NCBI GenBank assembly: GCA_009886115.1
Contig: VFJJ01000036.1
Location: 10,800 to 74,799, forward strand
Origin: Actinomycetota bacterium
GTDB taxonomy: Bacteria; Actinomycetota; Acidimicrobiia; IMCC26256; VFJJ01
DNA: 64,000 nt
Reading direction: 5' to 3'
Shown: positions 12,230-20,398 of the stretch, piece by piece
Layout of the letters: each line of letters opens with the position of its first letter
Numbering within the stretch: the first letter of the stretch is position 1
Program-made: the position numbers and the translations under genes
The notes under the pieces: generated by a model
What the model saw: only the letters and a program-made list of their open reading frames with translations
The model's database searches: none
Told to the model about the DNA's origin: nothing

Positions 12230-13057
12230 TCAGACGGCGGCGCGTTCCATCCCGTGCGAACGCGAGGGCATGGTGTGGCGCCCGATCCGACGGAACCGGA
12301 GGCGCGAGACCCACGGATCGATGCGGAAGGCCACCACGAGCAAAACGGCGGCGACGACGGCATCGAGCCAGTAGTGATTGGCCGTGAGCACGATGGCTGC
12401 GAGCGTCAGCACAGGGTGGAGCACCACGAGTGCCCGGAACCGACTTCGCGAGTAGCGGACCGCACCCCAGGCGATCAGCACCGCCCATCCGAAGTGCATC
12501 GACGGCATGGCTGCGAACTGGTTGGCGAGGGCCCGGAACGAGCTGTTCTCGCCGTAGGTGTCGGGGCCGAACACCTTGGCCGTGTCGACGAAGCCGATGT
12601 CGGTCAACATCCGGGGCGGCGCGAGCGGGTAGGCGATGTGGACGGCGAGGCCCAGCAACGTGAGCGTGATGAGCACGCGCCGAATTTTCGCGTACCCCGC
12701 GGGATGGCGGGTGTACATCCAGAGGAAGGTGATCATCGCAGCGCTGAAGTGTCCGAGCAGGTAGTACTGGTTGAGGAACTTCACGAATCCCTGGCTGCTC
12801 AGCGCCAGCCGCTGGAGCTCGACCTCGGTGAAGATTCCCAGCACCTGCTCGAGGTGCACGATCTCCTTGCCGTTCTCGAACGCCGAGCTCACGCGGCTCC
12901 CGGCGGAGTGGCGCACGAGCTTGTACACGAAGAACAGCCCGTACAGGAGACCGATCTCGAAGAACAACCGATAGCCGATGCGCGACTCCCACCAGCGCCG
13001 AAGGCGCGTGGGCACCACCAGGGACTCGTTCTCGAGAGTGGCGGTTGCGCTGTTCAC
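12230..13057 (-). CDS. PAP2-superfamily membrane protein (phosphatidic acid phosphatase / inositolphosphotransferase-like)
   Basis: ORF 12230..13057(-), GTG start with GGAGAA RBS 6 nt upstream. It is multi-TM, with PSMHFGW and TANHYWLD motifs. Confidence 0.85.
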   Translation of the reverse strand: MNSATATLENESLVVPTRLRRWWESRIGYRLFFEIGLLYGLFFVYKLVRHSAGSRVSSAFENGKEIVHLEQVLGIFTEVELQRLALSSQGFVKFLNQYYLLGHFSAAMITFLWMYTRHPAGYAKIRRVLITLTLLGLAVHIAYPLAPPRMLTDIGFVDTAKVFGPDTYGENSSFRALANQFAAMPSMHFGWAVLIAWGAVRYSRSRFRALVVLHPVLTLAAIVLTANHYWLDAVVAAVLLVVAFRIDPWVSRLRFRRIGRHTMPSRSHGMERAAV

Positions 13058-13124
13058 CGGGCGTTCTCCGACGTGTGCTCGATCCTGCCCACGGGATCGG
13101 CGATCGATGATCGGTCGACTCGAC

Positions 13125-13151
13125 GTGTCACCGGCGATCCGCCGGTGACAC
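13125..13151. promoter_or_regulatory. perfect 12-bp-stem hairpin in the leader of the PAP2 gene, also downstream of tetR
   Basis: GTGTCACCGGCG-atc-CGCCGGTGACAC read directly. It lies 68-94 nt upstream of the PAP2 start. It may be a terminator for the upstream TetR gene or an attenuator. Confidence 0.4.
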
Positions 13152-13168
13152 GAACCTGAACCCGACCA

Positions 13169-13196
13169 TGATTATTCCTTGAACGGCCCAATGCAA
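13169..13196 (-). promoter_or_regulatory. candidate sigma70-type promoter for the PAP2 gene
   Basis: Minus strand reads TTGCAT-N16-TAATCA, in one of the few AT-richer patches of the 320-bp intergenic region. Confidence 0.3.
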
Positions 13197-13377
13197 GCAC
13201 GATCTCATCTTGACCTCGCTCGGTGGAGCGGGGCTCACGATGGTCCGTGCGCAGCACCCCAGGAGGGCGAATCGTTCTGAATGCCCACGACGGGCCGGCC
13301 GGAAGGAGCCGCTCGGTGCGGACCCCCGTCACGGCGGGATGGGTACTGAACGAGGAAGGGGATCGACCGAGGCAGGC

Positions 13378-14019
13378 TCAGGCGTTCTCACCCGCGAAGA
13401 AGCCCCGGTGCACGACCCGAGCGACCGTCGTGTAGCCCGTCTCGTCGTCGGTTCCGAAACCGCGCGACACACGGAAGTACGCAAGGCGCTCGAGCATGGC
13501 GATGAGCGCGACCGCGCCGGCGGCGGCGTCGACCTGGTCAGTGCGGGCCTGACTGATCCGTTCGTCGATTCGCGAAGACATGTGGCGCCACGTGCGGGCC
13601 CCCAATCGGCGGAGCTCGAGATGGTCACTCGCCCCCTCGGCCCACGCCCGGAGGACGGCGCCATGACGATGCGACAGGCGAACGAAATCCCGAAGGAAAC
13701 GCGAGAGCTCGGCCAGCCCATCGGCTCCAGGCCCGATCTCGCCCAACGACTCGACAACCTCGGTCATGTCCTGCGCGCATTCCTCGGCCAGGACGCGCAG
13801 GAGGTCGTCCATGTTCGTGAAGTACAGGTAGAAGGTACCGTGCGACGTCCGAGCAGCGCGGACGATGTCGTCGACCCGGGCCGCGTGGTACCCGCGGTCG
13901 GCGAACACCAGCTTGGCTGCCCCGAGCAGGCGGCGCATGGTCCGTCGGCCCTGGACGCGCTGGTCCCTGACGGCCTTGGGTGCACGATGGGGACCCTGCG
14001 GCCCGGGCTCGCCGCTCAC
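13378..14019 (-). CDS. TetR/AcrR-family transcriptional regulator
   Basis: ORF 13378..14184(-). HTH: FADRGYHAARVDDIVRAARTSHGTFYLYF. The start is uncertain: GTG 14019 (VSGEPGPQ...) is preferred, and ATG 13938 is the alternative. Confidence 0.85.
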   Translation of the reverse strand: MSGEPGPQGPHRAPKAVRDQRVQGRRTMRRLLGAAKLVFADRGYHAARVDDIVRAARTSHGTFYLYFTNMDDLLRVLAEECAQDMTEVVESLGEIGPGADGLAELSRFLRDFVRLSHRHGAVLRAWAEGASDHLELRRLGARTWRHMSSRIDERISQARTDQVDAAAGAVALIAMLERLAYFRVSRGFGTDDETGYTTVARVVHRGFFAGENA

Positions 14020-14040
14020 GAGCGCGGAATCTACCTGGCA

Positions 14041-14080
14041 GAACCTTCCCCGCGAGGTTCCGCGACATTGCCGCGTCGCG
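14041..14080. promoter_or_regulatory. two adjacent 6-N8-6 inverted repeats, candidate TetR operator
   Basis: GAACCT-tccccgcg-AGGTTC (14041-14060) is directly followed by CGCGAC-attgccgc-GTCGCG (14061-14080). Both lie in the divergent tetR / acyl-CoA dehydrogenase intergenic region. Confidence 0.4.
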
Positions 14081-14167
14081 GAGCCCGGCGATACGGTGCC
14101 GCCCGGGGGCCGGCGACAGGCCGCGTCCCGCGCTGCGCGTTCGTCACGCCACCCGAGGAGCCCATCC

Positions 14168-15301
14168 ATGCAGCTCGAGTTCACCCCCGATCAGGACGAG
14201 CTCCGCGACTCGGTGCGGGCGGTGCTCGCCAACGAGGTGCCGGCCACGTTCGTGCGGTCGATCGTCGAGCAGGGCGTCGGCACCGACGAGCTGTGGCTGA
14301 CCTTCTGCGGGCTCGACTGGCCAGCGCTCACCATCGCCGAGGAGCACGGCGGCGTGGGCCTGGGCTTCGTCGAGCTGGCGGTCGTGGTCGAGGAGCTGGG
14401 CAAGGTGATGGCGCCCGGGGCGTTCCTGGCCACCGTGACCCAGTTCCTGCCCATGGTGCGCGAGTGCGGCTCCGCCACCCAGCAGCACGAGCTGCTCGGG
14501 CGCGTCGCCGCCGGATCGGCCACGGGGACGATCGCCGTCGCCGAAGCTTCCGGGAGCTGGGACCCCGCCGACGTCACCTGCACGGCCCGGGCCGACGCCG
14601 ACGGCGACGGCTGGACGCTGTCCGGGACCAAGCGCTACGTCAACGACGGCGCCTCGGCCGACGAGATCGCGGTGGTCGTCCGCCTCGAAGGGACCACGGG
14701 CGACGACGGGATCGCCGTGTTCGTCGTCCCGCAGTCAGCCGTGCGTTCGGAGGCGATCACGGCGCTCGACGGGTCCCGTCAGCACGCGACGGTGGTGCTC
14801 GACGGCGTGCACGTCGGATCCGAGCGGGCCCTGGGGACCCCGGGAGCCCTGGCGGCGGCGGCCCGGCGGGCCGTCGAGGAGGCCACCGCCGCGCTGGCGC
14901 TGGAGATGGTCGGCACCTGCCAGACGATCTTCGACATCACCCTCGACTACGCCAAGAACCGCATCCAGTTCGACGTGCCCATCGGTTCCTTCCAGGCCAT
15001 CAAGCACAAGTTCGCCGACATGTTCGTGGCCCTCGAACGGGCCCGGGCCACCGCCTACTTCGCCGCGGCCACCATTGCCGAGGACGACCCTCGCCGAGCC
15101 CTCGCCGTGGCCATGGCCAAGGCCGCGGCCGGTGACTGCCAGAAGCTGATGGCCAAGGAGGGCATCCAGATCCACGGCGGGATCGGCTTCACGTGGGAGC
15201 ACGACATGCACCTGTACGTGAAGCGGGTGAAGTCGGGCGAGGCCGTGTTCGGAACCGCTGCCACCCAGCGTCAGCGAGTCGCCGACCTCATCGGCCTGTG
15301 A
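14168..15301 (+). CDS. acyl-CoA dehydrogenase
   Basis: ORF 13865..15301(+) trimmed to ATG 14168 (MQLEFTPDQDELRDSV...), with GAGGAG RBS. The C-terminal IQIHGGIGFTWEHDMHLYVKR is typical of the family. Confidence 0.9.
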   Translation: MQLEFTPDQDELRDSVRAVLANEVPATFVRSIVEQGVGTDELWLTFCGLDWPALTIAEEHGGVGLGFVELAVVVEELGKVMAPGAFLATVTQFLPMVRECGSATQQHELLGRVAAGSATGTIAVAEASGSWDPADVTCTARADADGDGWTLSGTKRYVNDGASADEIAVVVRLEGTTGDDGIAVFVVPQSAVRSEAITALDGSRQHATVVLDGVHVGSERALGTPGALAAAARRAVEEATAALALEMVGTCQTIFDITLDYAKNRIQFDVPIGSFQAIKHKFADMFVALERARATAYFAAATIAEDDPRRALAVAMAKAAAGDCQKLMAKEGIQIHGGIGFTWEHDMHLYVKRVKSGEAVFGTAATQRQRVADLIGL

Positions 15302-15741
15302 CCATCGGCGAGCCCGCATCCGAGCCCGATCCGCGGGGGCTCCTGCGGGTCTCGAGCTCGTTGCGGATCCCGCTCGACGAGCTCGAGTGGCGCTTCAGCG
15401 CCTCGGGCGGCCCCGGCGGGCAGCACGCCAACACCTCGAACACCAAGGTGGAGGTGCGTTTCGACGTCGAGGCCTCACCGTCGCTCGGCCCTCGGCAGCG
15501 GGCTCGACTGCTCGAGCGCCTCGGGCCCCTCGTACGGGTGGTGGCCTCCGACGAGCGGTCGCAGGCCCGGAATCGGGAGCTGGCGCTGGGCCGTCTGGCG
15601 GAGCGGATCAACGAGGCCCTGAAGGTCGAGACGCCCCGACACCCGACCCGCCCGTCCAAGCGGGCCAAGGCCCGGCGCGTCGACGAGAAACGCAAGCGCT
15701 CGGTGACCAAGCAGACCCGCCGTCGCCCCGAACCCGAATGA
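15298..15741 (+). CDS. arfB: alternative ribosome-rescue factor ArfB (peptidyl-tRNA hydrolase, GGQ class)
   Basis: ORF 15193..15741(+). GTG 15298 overlaps the upstream stop (GTGA). It has the GGQ motif SGGPGGQHANTSNTKVEV and a basic C-terminal tail KRAKARRVDEKRKRSVTKQTRRRP. Confidence 0.85.
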   Translation: MTIGEPASEPDPRGLLRVSSSLRIPLDELEWRFSASGGPGGQHANTSNTKVEVRFDVEASPSLGPRQRARLLERLGPLVRVVASDERSQARNRELALGRLAERINEALKVETPRHPTRPSKRAKARRVDEKRKRSVTKQTRRRPEPE

Positions 15742-15773
15742 CCGAGCTCCCGGCCTCCCTCCCCCCTCCGACG

Positions 15774-15793
15774 GGGTCAGCGGCGGGTCAGCG
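15774..15793. repeat. 11-bp-period duplication (GGGTCAGCG x2) spanning a stop codon
   Basis: gggtcagcg gc gggtcagcg read directly. The stop of the 15788..16249 gene (tca, 15788-15790) lies in the second copy. Confidence 0.75.
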
Positions 15794-16249
15794 CTTGGGG
15801 GTGAGGTCGAGGTCGGGCGGAGGGGTGTCGGGCAGCTTCCACTGGATGTAGGGCTTGTCCTTCAGGTCGTGATAGGCGTTGGCCGACCGGATCGACTCGT
15901 GGAAGAGCTCCTCGAACGCCGCGAAGTCCTGGTCCTTGATGGGCTTCTCGAGCTTCTTCCAGTCGTTCTCGAGGTACTCGTAGAGCGCCTCTTCGTGCTT
16001 GGCCCGGAGGAAGGCGCCCTTCTCGAACAGCCCGCGGATCTCCTTCCACTGGAACTTGGCGTGGTCCCAGTTCCCGGCCTGGGCCGCGTAGTACAGCTTC
16101 CAGGTGCGGGCCCCCACGTCGGGCATGACGTCGGCGAGCCCGGGCTGGACCATGGCCAGGCCGTCGAAGGTGAAGTCCTTCTTCTCGCCCTTGATCGTGT
16201 ATTCCTCGAGAATCTCGAGAACCTTCGCCCTGAGGGTGGCGTCGTCCAT
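15788..16249 (-). CDS. conserved hypothetical protein (helical, Lys/Glu-rich, 153 aa)
   Basis: ORF 15788..16300(-) trimmed to ATG 16249 (MDDATLRAKVLEILEEYTIKGEKKDF...), with GAAGGA RBS about 9 nt upstream. Composition is clearly protein-like and unlike shadow ORFs. I recognise no family. Confidence 0.75.
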   Translation of the reverse strand: MDDATLRAKVLEILEEYTIKGEKKDFTFDGLAMVQPGLADVMPDVGARTWKLYYAAQAGNWDHAKFQWKEIRGLFEKGAFLRAKHEEALYEYLENDWKKLEKPIKDQDFAAFEELFHESIRSANAYHDLKDKPYIQWKLPDTPPPDLDLTPKR

Positions 16250-16298
16250 GGGTGGATCCTTCTCGTCGGTTGCTCCGGCGCGGCATCCTACCGAGACC

Positions 16299-16319
16299 AC
16301 AAAGCTGACGCTGACGTCA
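16299..16319. promoter_or_regulatory. shared 21-bp motif, site 1 (ACAAAGCTGACGCTGACGTCA), containing the TGACGTCA palindrome
   Basis: It lies in the divergent intergenic region between the hypothetical gene (start 16249) and the 2-hydroxyacid dehydrogenase (start 16341). It matches 57308-57328 at 18/21 positions and 51123-51143 at 14/21. Confidence 0.45.
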
Positions 16320-16340
16320 TCGTTGGGTCAAGATGAGGCC

Positions 16341-17327
16341 GTGACCGACACCACCCGACGACCGATCGCGTACGTGACCGCGCCACTGCGGGGCGAGGGC
16401 CTGGCCCGACTCCACGAGCTGTGCGAGATCGTCCACGAACCCTGGATCGAGCAGCAGCCGCTGCGGATCATGAACAGCGATCAGCTCGCGGCTCGAGCCG
16501 CCGAGGTGGGGGCGACCGTCCTCATCGTCGAGAGCGACTCGGTCAAGGGCCCGGTGCTCGACCTGCCGCTGCGGCTCATCGGATCGACGCGGGGCGATCC
16601 GAACAACGTCGATCTCGCGGCCGCGACCGCCAAGGGGATACCGGTGCTGCGCTGCCCCGGGCGCAACGCCGACGCCGTGGCCGAGATGACCGTGGCACTG
16701 CTCTTCGCTGCCGTACGCGGTGTGGTGCAAGGCGATCGCGATGTCCGTGAAGGCCAGACCTACCGCGGAGGGACGATCCCGTACCAGCGGTACCGGGCGT
16801 GGCAGCTCGCCGGTCGCACTGCGGGCATCGTCGGGCTCGGCGCTGTCGGACGGGCGACGCGCTGGCGGCTCCAGGGGCTGGGGATGACCGTCATCGCCGC
16901 CGACCCGTTCCACCCCGAGGCCACGCACAGCCTCGACGACCTGTGCGCCGCCGCCGACGTCGTGTCGATGCATGCCGTCGTCACGCCAGAGACCAAGGGC
17001 CTCATGGGCCGGGCCCAGTTCGCGGCGATGAGGGACGGCTCGATCTACGTCAACACCGCCCGGGCGGCTCTCCACGACATCGACGCTCTGGTCGATGCGC
17101 TGCAGACCGGCAAGCTCGCCGCTGCCGGCCTCGACCACTTCGAGGGTGAGAAGCTGGCCGCCGACCATCCGCTCATCGGCATGGGCAACGTGGTGCTCAC
17201 GCCTCATATCGGCGGCGCCACCTACGACGTCGAGGTCGTCCAGGCGACGATGATCGCCGACGACGTCGAACGCATCCTGAGCGGGCAACGAGCAGTCAAT
17301 CTCGCCAACCCGGACGTCTCCCCATGA
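16341..17327 (+). CDS. D-isomer-specific 2-hydroxyacid dehydrogenase (PGDH-like)
   Basis: ORF 16104..17327(+) trimmed to GTG 16341 (VTDTTRRPIAYV...). It has the NAD-binding GIVGLGAVGRATRWRL motif and the catalytic-region LTPHIGGAT. Confidence 0.88.
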   Translation: MTDTTRRPIAYVTAPLRGEGLARLHELCEIVHEPWIEQQPLRIMNSDQLAARAAEVGATVLIVESDSVKGPVLDLPLRLIGSTRGDPNNVDLAAATAKGIPVLRCPGRNADAVAEMTVALLFAAVRGVVQGDRDVREGQTYRGGTIPYQRYRAWQLAGRTAGIVGLGAVGRATRWRLQGLGMTVIAADPFHPEATHSLDDLCAAADVVSMHAVVTPETKGLMGRAQFAAMRDGSIYVNTARAALHDIDALVDALQTGKLAAAGLDHFEGEKLAADHPLIGMGNVVLTPHIGGATYDVEVVQATMIADDVERILSGQRAVNLANPDVSP

Positions 17328-18162
17328 GCACCACCGCCCCGGCTGTGAAGGCACCGGTGAGCGCCGTGGCCGAATCCCGACACGACCCCGCGAGACCTCG
17401 TTGCCACCTTCGCGGTGCCTCCGCCACACTCCTCCGCTGAGCTGCCGAGCCCACAAGCCTTCGCTGAGCCGGTGAGCCGCTGAGCCGGTGAGCCGCTGAG
17501 CCGATGAGGAGCCTGTTGCCGGTCGCCTCGAGATAGCCGGTGGCCACACGGCCGGAGGGCTCGTCGGATCGCAGGAACGCGGTGTCGAGCATCCCTGCTG
17601 GCTCGCAGACCCGTTCGACGACCAGCTCGGCGAACGCGCGCTGGGTGACGCGCTCGGCGATCAGCGCGAGGATCACATAGCCGCTGTTGCAGTAGCAGAA
17701 CCGCTCGCCGGGCCGGAACTTCGCCGGGTGGCCATCGAGCACCCGGAGATAGTCATCGGCGTCGGCCAGCAGGTGAACCGGGACGGGCATGAGGTAGGCG
17801 GCGCCGTCGTAGCCGACATCCTCGTCGACGTAGTCGCCGATCCCCGACCGGTGCGCGAGCAGGTGCTCGACGGTCACGTCGTCGTCGATCAGGGGAAGGT
17901 CATCACCCAGCACCGACCGGGCCGTGGTCGCCAGGTCGAGCCGGCCCTCGACGACCAGACTCACCACCGTCAGCGCCGTCAGGCCCTTGGTGCCACTGGC
18001 GATCCCGAAACGGGTGTCGATCGTGTTGGGAATGCCGTAGCCGCGATGCGCCGTCCCGTACGCCGCCGTCAGCTCGACACCGGCTCCCCGATCGACTCGC
18101 ACGACACCTGAGAACCCCGTCTCGGCCGCCAGCCGATCGATCGACGCCGACACGCTCGCCAT
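17296..18162 (-). pseudogene. beta-lactamase-family serine hydrolase, C-terminally truncated (probable pseudogene)
   Basis: ORF 17296..18162(-). The authentic N-terminal ~215 aa carry SxxK (ASGTK) and YxN (YCNSGY). After ...GYLEATGN (about 17520) the frame runs through a 16-bp tandem repeat and overlaps the dehydrogenase 3' end. The third conserved box (KTG/HxG) and about 150 aa are missing. Confidence 0.55.
17435..17509. repeat. 16-bp tandem repeat (CGCTGAGCCGGTGAGC), 2 perfect plus 2 degenerate copies
   Basis: cgctgagctgccgagc ... cgctgagccggtgagc cgctgagccggtgagc cgctgagccgatgagg read directly. The unit length is not a multiple of 3. Confidence 0.85.
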
Positions 18163-18210
18163 GACGGCAACCTATCCCGGCCCCGGAGCCCCACGATAGG
18201 GTCGGCGCCC

Positions 18211-19005
18211 ATGAACCTGTTGGTCGACGTCGTCGAAGGGGTCGGGTCGATCACCCTCGACCGGCCCGAGGCCAAGAACGCCTTGACGATCGAGATGCGC
18301 GACGGCATCGTCGAGGCCATCCGCCGCTTCCGCATCGATCCCGCCGTGCGAGCCGTGCTCATCACCGGTTCGGGCGATGCGTTCTGCGCCGGCATGGACC
18401 TTTCCGCCTCGACGGTCGCCAAGGCGGCCCTGCCCGACTTCGAGACCCGATCCACCGTCGAGGCACTCCGGGCCGGTGTGCACACGCTCATCAGAGAGCT
18501 CTGGGAGCTCGACAAGCCGACGGTCGCCGCGGTCAACGGTGCAGCGGTCGGTCCCGGCGCCCACCTGGCCCTGGCGTGCGACTTCGTGCTCGTGCACGAG
18601 CGCACCCGGTTCCTCTGGACGTTCGCTCGCAACGCGCTCGTCGTCGATGCCGGCGGAGCGTACCTCCTGCCTCGCCTCGTCGGGCTCCCCCGGGCCAAAG
18701 CCATGGTGCTGCTGGGCGAGGGGGCCGTCGGGAGGGAGGCCGTCGAGCTCGGCCTGGCCTACCGCTGCGTCGAGCAGACCGATCTCCTCCCCGAGGCCCG
18801 GGCGCTCGTCACCCGGCTGGCGGCCGGTCCCACGAAGATGCTCGGGATGTCGAAGCGGTTGCTCAACAAGAGCTTCGAGACTGCCCTCCCGGAGTCGCTC
18901 GAGATGGAGGGACTCCTGCAGGCCCTGGCCACCACGACCGACGACCTGAAGGAAGGGATGGCGGCGTTCAAAGAGCGGCGCGACCCCGGATACACCGGCC
19001 GATGA
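18211..19005 (+). CDS. enoyl-CoA hydratase/isomerase family protein
   Basis: ORF 18211..19005(+). Motifs: ITLDRPEAKNAL and ITGSGDAFCAGMDL. Confidence 0.9.
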   Translation: MNLLVDVVEGVGSITLDRPEAKNALTIEMRDGIVEAIRRFRIDPAVRAVLITGSGDAFCAGMDLSASTVAKAALPDFETRSTVEALRAGVHTLIRELWELDKPTVAAVNGAAVGPGAHLALACDFVLVHERTRFLWTFARNALVVDAGGAYLLPRLVGLPRAKAMVLLGEGAVGREAVELGLAYRCVEQTDLLPEARALVTRLAAGPTKMLGMSKRLLNKSFETALPESLEMEGLLQALATTTDDLKEGMAAFKERRDPGYTGR

Positions 19006-19069
19006 CCGACCCCACACGGTCCGACGCCCACCGTTTGGCGCGTCTGCCGGGCGGGGTAGGCACACCGCC

Positions 19070-19597
19070 ATGGGCTCTGGCGACGAGGTGCAACGGATCG
19101 GCATCTACATCAACGACCACCGCGCCGCTGGTGCTGCGAGCATCGCGCTGGCCAAGCGATGCCGAGACAACAACGCCGGGACGACGCTGGCGCAGGAGCT
19201 CGACCGGATCATCGGCGAGATCGAAGAGGACGCCGAAACGCTCGCCCGTATCTCCTCCACGCTGGGTGTGCGCCCGAACTCCGTGAAGACAGCCCTGGCC
19301 CGGCTCGGTGAGGTCGCGGCCCGGCTCAAGCTGAACGGGCAGATTCTCGGCTACTCGCCCCTCAGCCGGTTGATCGAGCTGGAGGCCCTCATCACCGGCA
19401 TCGACGCCCGACGGAGTCTGCTGACCTCATTGCTGGTCGCCGAGCTCCCCGAGCTCGAGTCGTACGACTTCGCCGAGCTCGCCTCACGAGCCGTCGCCCA
19501 ACGCGAGCGGCTCATCCCGTTCCACCGCAACGCCGCGATCCTGGCGTTCACCGCCGCTACGAGCGGCATGGCCACCAGGTCGAACCCGTCGCCGTGA
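19070..19597 (+). CDS. hypothetical protein (all-helical, 175 aa)
   Basis: ORF 19070..19597(+). Composition is balanced (IYINDHRAAGAASIALAKRCRDNN...LIELEALITGIDARRSLL). No recognised motif. Confidence 0.65.
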   Translation: MGSGDEVQRIGIYINDHRAAGAASIALAKRCRDNNAGTTLAQELDRIIGEIEEDAETLARISSTLGVRPNSVKTALARLGEVAARLKLNGQILGYSPLSRLIELEALITGIDARRSLLTSLLVAELPELESYDFAELASRAVAQRERLIPFHRNAAILAFTAATSGMATRSNPSP

Positions 19598-19603
19598 CGA
19601 CAC

Positions 19604-19621
19604 CGCTCGCCGCTGCGAGCG
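19604..19621 (+). terminator. hairpin after the hypothetical gene (possible intrinsic terminator)
   Basis: CGCTCGC-cgct-GCGAGCG lies 7 nt after the stop and is followed by ...gcgTTTcg. The stem is short and the U-tract weak. Confidence 0.3.
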
Positions 19622-19681
19622 CGGCGCGCGTTTCGTGCCTCGAGTCTCTGCCGCGCAGTCAGGCAGCGGTTCGAGCGAGCC

Positions 19682-20209
19682 TCAGACCGTTCCCCAGGTG
19701 TAGGTCTGCTTCACCATCTGCAGGTACACCATCGTGTCCGTGCTGCGGACGCCCGGGATGGCCCGGATCTTGTCGTTCAAGATCTCCAGCAGGTCGTGGT
19801 CGTCGATGCAGGTGACCTCGAGGATGATGTCGTAGGCCCCCGACGCGATGACCACGTAGTCGATCTGCGGGATCGCCGCGAGCTCCTGGGCCACGCCTCG
19901 CAGGTCGCCCTCGACCTTCAGCCCGATCATGGCCATCCGGTGCATGCCCACGGTGAGGGGGTCGGTGACGGCCACGATCTGCATGACCCCGTGGTCGAGC
20001 AGGCGCTGGACCCGCTGGCGGACGGCGGCCTCGGACAGCCCGGTGTCGAGCGCCAGGCCCGTGTAGGTACGGCGCCCGTCGGACTGCAGCCGGTCGATGA
20101 GGACCTTGTCGATCTCGTCGAGGTTGACGCCGCCCGGCCGGGCTCGCTCGCCGTCGCGGCCGCGCGTCGTCGAGCCGTTGCGTGTCGTGCGACGCGCCGG
20201 GGCGCTCAC
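19682..20209 (-). CDS. Lrp/AsnC-family transcriptional regulator
   Basis: ORF 19682..20209(-), GTG start. HTH: IDKVLIDRLQSDGRRTYTGLALDTGLSEAAVRQRVQRL. The AsnC-type ligand domain follows. Confidence 0.88.
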   Translation of the reverse strand: MSAPARRTTRNGSTTRGRDGERARPGGVNLDEIDKVLIDRLQSDGRRTYTGLALDTGLSEAAVRQRVQRLLDHGVMQIVAVTDPLTVGMHRMAMIGLKVEGDLRGVAQELAAIPQIDYVVIASGAYDIILEVTCIDDHDLLEILNDKIRAIPGVRSTDTMVYLQMVKQTYTWGTV

Positions 20210-20398
20210 CGATCGGGACGCCTGACGGGTCGCTTCTTCAGCACTCTGCGGACGATAGTCCCCAACCCCCCGATCACCCCATCATCTGCGAATCGCGGGA
20301 CTCGACGCACAGCGAAGAATGGATTCCCTCGCGAGGTAGCGGTGAGGCGAGGGATTCGGTTGCACGCGCCGAGGCTGGTTCGGCAGGATTCGCGGCGC

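Noticed and set aside
13210-15135. 641-aa plus-strand ORF spanning the TetR and acyl-CoA dehydrogenase region.
   Set aside because: The frame is inconsistent with the recognisable TetR (minus strand) and acyl-CoA dehydrogenase (plus strand, other frame) proteins. Its composition is extremely Arg/Gly-rich.
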